The translations under genes were made by a program, and so were the position numbers. From NCBI GenBank assembly GCA_035288845.1, contig DATDZB010000009.1, positions 8,814 through 72,813 on the forward strand: DNA of 64,000 nucleotides, read 5' to 3'. The DNA is from Candidatus Nanoarchaeia archaeon. Its GTDB lineage: Archaea > Nanobdellota > Nanobdellia > SCGC-AAA011-G17 > GW2011-AR18. The notes under the pieces are model-generated. The model was not told the origin of the DNA, did not search any database, and saw only the letters and a list, made by a program, of their open reading frames with translations. Shown in pieces: positions 62,906-64,000 of this stretch (position 1 is its first letter; each line of letters opens with the position of its first letter).

Positions 62906-64000
62906 GCTGCTTTTAATTCTAAAATGTCTCTGTATTCTTCTGGACTCTTAACATGTTTATGTAATTTATAATTACCAGTTCTATCTTCAAATCTTAATAG
63001 ATCAGCAACTAAATCACCATCATGTTGTAAATCATTTCTAACAACATCTGCAATTTTATCTCTCTCTTGTGCAGTAGCATAATCTCTTTGATGAAGTACT
63101 TGCCATAATAAAACTCCTTCATATGACATTGGATATTTAGTTAAATTATCTTCAGTTCTTAAACTAGGAATAGGTAATATCGGAGATCTTGGTCTAGAAT
63201 GTGCAAATTTAATTACAGCTACTCTATCTTGATGAGCTCTTTCTGGGGGAGCAACAACCCAATGTCTAGCATAAGGAATAGTTCCAGCAGTTTCATAAGT
63301 AGCAAAAAATCCAGAATTATCAACCATACAATTAGAAACTGTAGTGTAAGGGATAATTTCTCCACTTGGTTTTTCAAGCATTAGACCTGGTTCTTCAGCA
63401 CCAAATAAAGTAGCAGCAAAATCTACATCTCTATGCGGACTAGCTCTTACTAAATTAGTAACAAATTTACCGTCAGGCATTCTAACAACTAAAGCATTAA
63501 CTTTAAGACCATCATGTTCAATATGGTGTATTCCTAAAACTCTTCCTTCAATTCCAGGATAACGTCTTAATCTTAAAGAACTATCACCATATGCAAGCCT
63601 AGCAGAAAAATAAGAAGGATGTAATCCAAGTCCAACTGCTAAAGCAGTATAAAGTTCTAAATCTCTTTCTTCAAGTTTTTCTAATAATTTTTCTGCAGTT
63701 CCAACTAACTCAGGAACTTCACCTATTTGTTGATTAGGAAGATAAAAATAAGGTCGATATTTAGCAAGAGGATGATCATCAGAAATTCCAGGCCCAATCA
63801 TTAAATGCTCTCTATGATCTAAAAATACTCCTTTAGAACTAGAGCCAATTCCAGTAGGAGTATAGCCTCTTTGTCCTCCAATCTTAGGAAGTCTATATTT
63901 CATCTTAACATCATCAGACAAAGCACAAAATTCTTTAAACAAACTATTGACTCTATCTTTAAGTCCTGCAAGTTCAGGATCATTATTTTCAACTTGCGTA
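62902..64000 (-). CDS. 2OG-Fe(II) oxygenase (isopenicillin-N-synthase-like), N-terminus beyond window
   Basis: 'SLRLRRYPG', 'SPHRDVDFAATLF', 'ARHWVV' and 'RVAVIKFAHSRP'. The frame stays open upstream of the track's Met through to position 64000. Confidence 0.7.
   Translation of the reverse strand, partial: TQVENNDPELAGLKDRVNSLFKEFCALSDDVKMKYRLPKIGGQRGYTPTGIGSSSKGVFLDHREHLMIGPGISDDHPLAKYRPYFYLPNQQIGEVPELVGTAEKLLEKLEERDLELYTALAVGLGLHPSYFSARLAYGDSSLRLRRYPGIEGRVLGIHHIEHDGLKVNALVVRMPDGKFVTNLVRASPHRDVDFAATLFGAEEPGLMLEKPSGEIIPYTTVSNCMVDNSGFFATYETAGTIPYARHWVVAPPERAHQDRVAVIKFAHSRPRSPILPIPSLRTEDNLTKYPMSYEGVLLWQVLHQRDYATAQERDKIADVVRNDLQHDGDLVADLLRFEDRTGNYKLHKHVKSPEEYRDILELKAA

Noticed and set aside
41965-63384. 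Remaining short antisense or overlapping track ORFs (41965..42150, 49773..49994, 55300..55503, 55912..56181, 56919..57134, 57414..57617, 61611..61895, 61996..62307, 63199..63384).
   Set aside because: They lie opposite nusA, rpoH/tRNA-Lys, the secreted protein, the paralog pair, nac, the TraB-like gene, the cysS C-piece and the 2OG oxygenase, and have shadow-ORF composition.
1-64000. Search for CRISPR arrays, rRNA genes, IS elements or long direct or inverted repeats.
   Set aside because: Reading through the window I saw no regularly spaced repeats, no rRNA-like GC-rich structured regions and no transposase or integrase ORFs. A computational repeat scan was not possible and could still reveal short repeats.

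Overview
This is a very AT-rich archaeal chromosome segment with short intergenic regions; GC is judged by eye and was not computed. The gene content and style fit a DPANN-type, small-genome archaeon. The backbone on the minus strand is the archaeal transcription/translation supercluster: rpoH, rpoB''/B', rpoA'/A'', L30e, NusA, uS12, uS7, EF-2, EF-1alpha, uS10. Other housekeeping genes include AspRS, TrpRS, a two-piece CysRS, Pth2, TrmI, Dph5, Ndk, NAC, DRG and Era-like GTPases, peptidases (M3, M17, M49-like), NUDIX, HIT, CYTH, peroxiredoxin and SOD. There are five tRNA genes. No rRNA, CRISPR array or obvious transposase was seen.

The observations most worth follow-up are:
1. cysS is split at its catalytic core by a free-standing NUMOD3 + PD-(D/E)xK homing-endonuclease ORF.
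2. Four of the five tRNAs carry one to three bulge-helix-bulge (BHB) introns: Lys 3, Ser 2, Asp 2, Tyr 1. These include identical 59/60 T-loop introns and an acceptor-stem intron. A free-standing LAGLIDADG endonuclease gene sits between two of these tRNAs.
3. Five family-less ORFs with non-host-like, Arg-rich and Lys-poor composition are interleaved one by one between the universally conserved genes of the NusA-S12-S7-EF2-EF1a-S10 cluster. One of them shows an EF-Tu domain-II-like segment.
4. A Tpa1/Ofd1/OGFOD1-type 2OG oxygenase, split into two overlapping ORFs, lies beside the gene for uS12, the family's known target.
5. A close homologue of the PEDS1/TMEM189/CarF plasmalogen desaturase is present.
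6. There is a set of secreted or surface proteins: a roughly 12-module 4-Cys repeat protein, proteins with D-[AS]-G linkers, and one with a lipobox.

All family assignments come from reading motifs in the translations; no searches were run.
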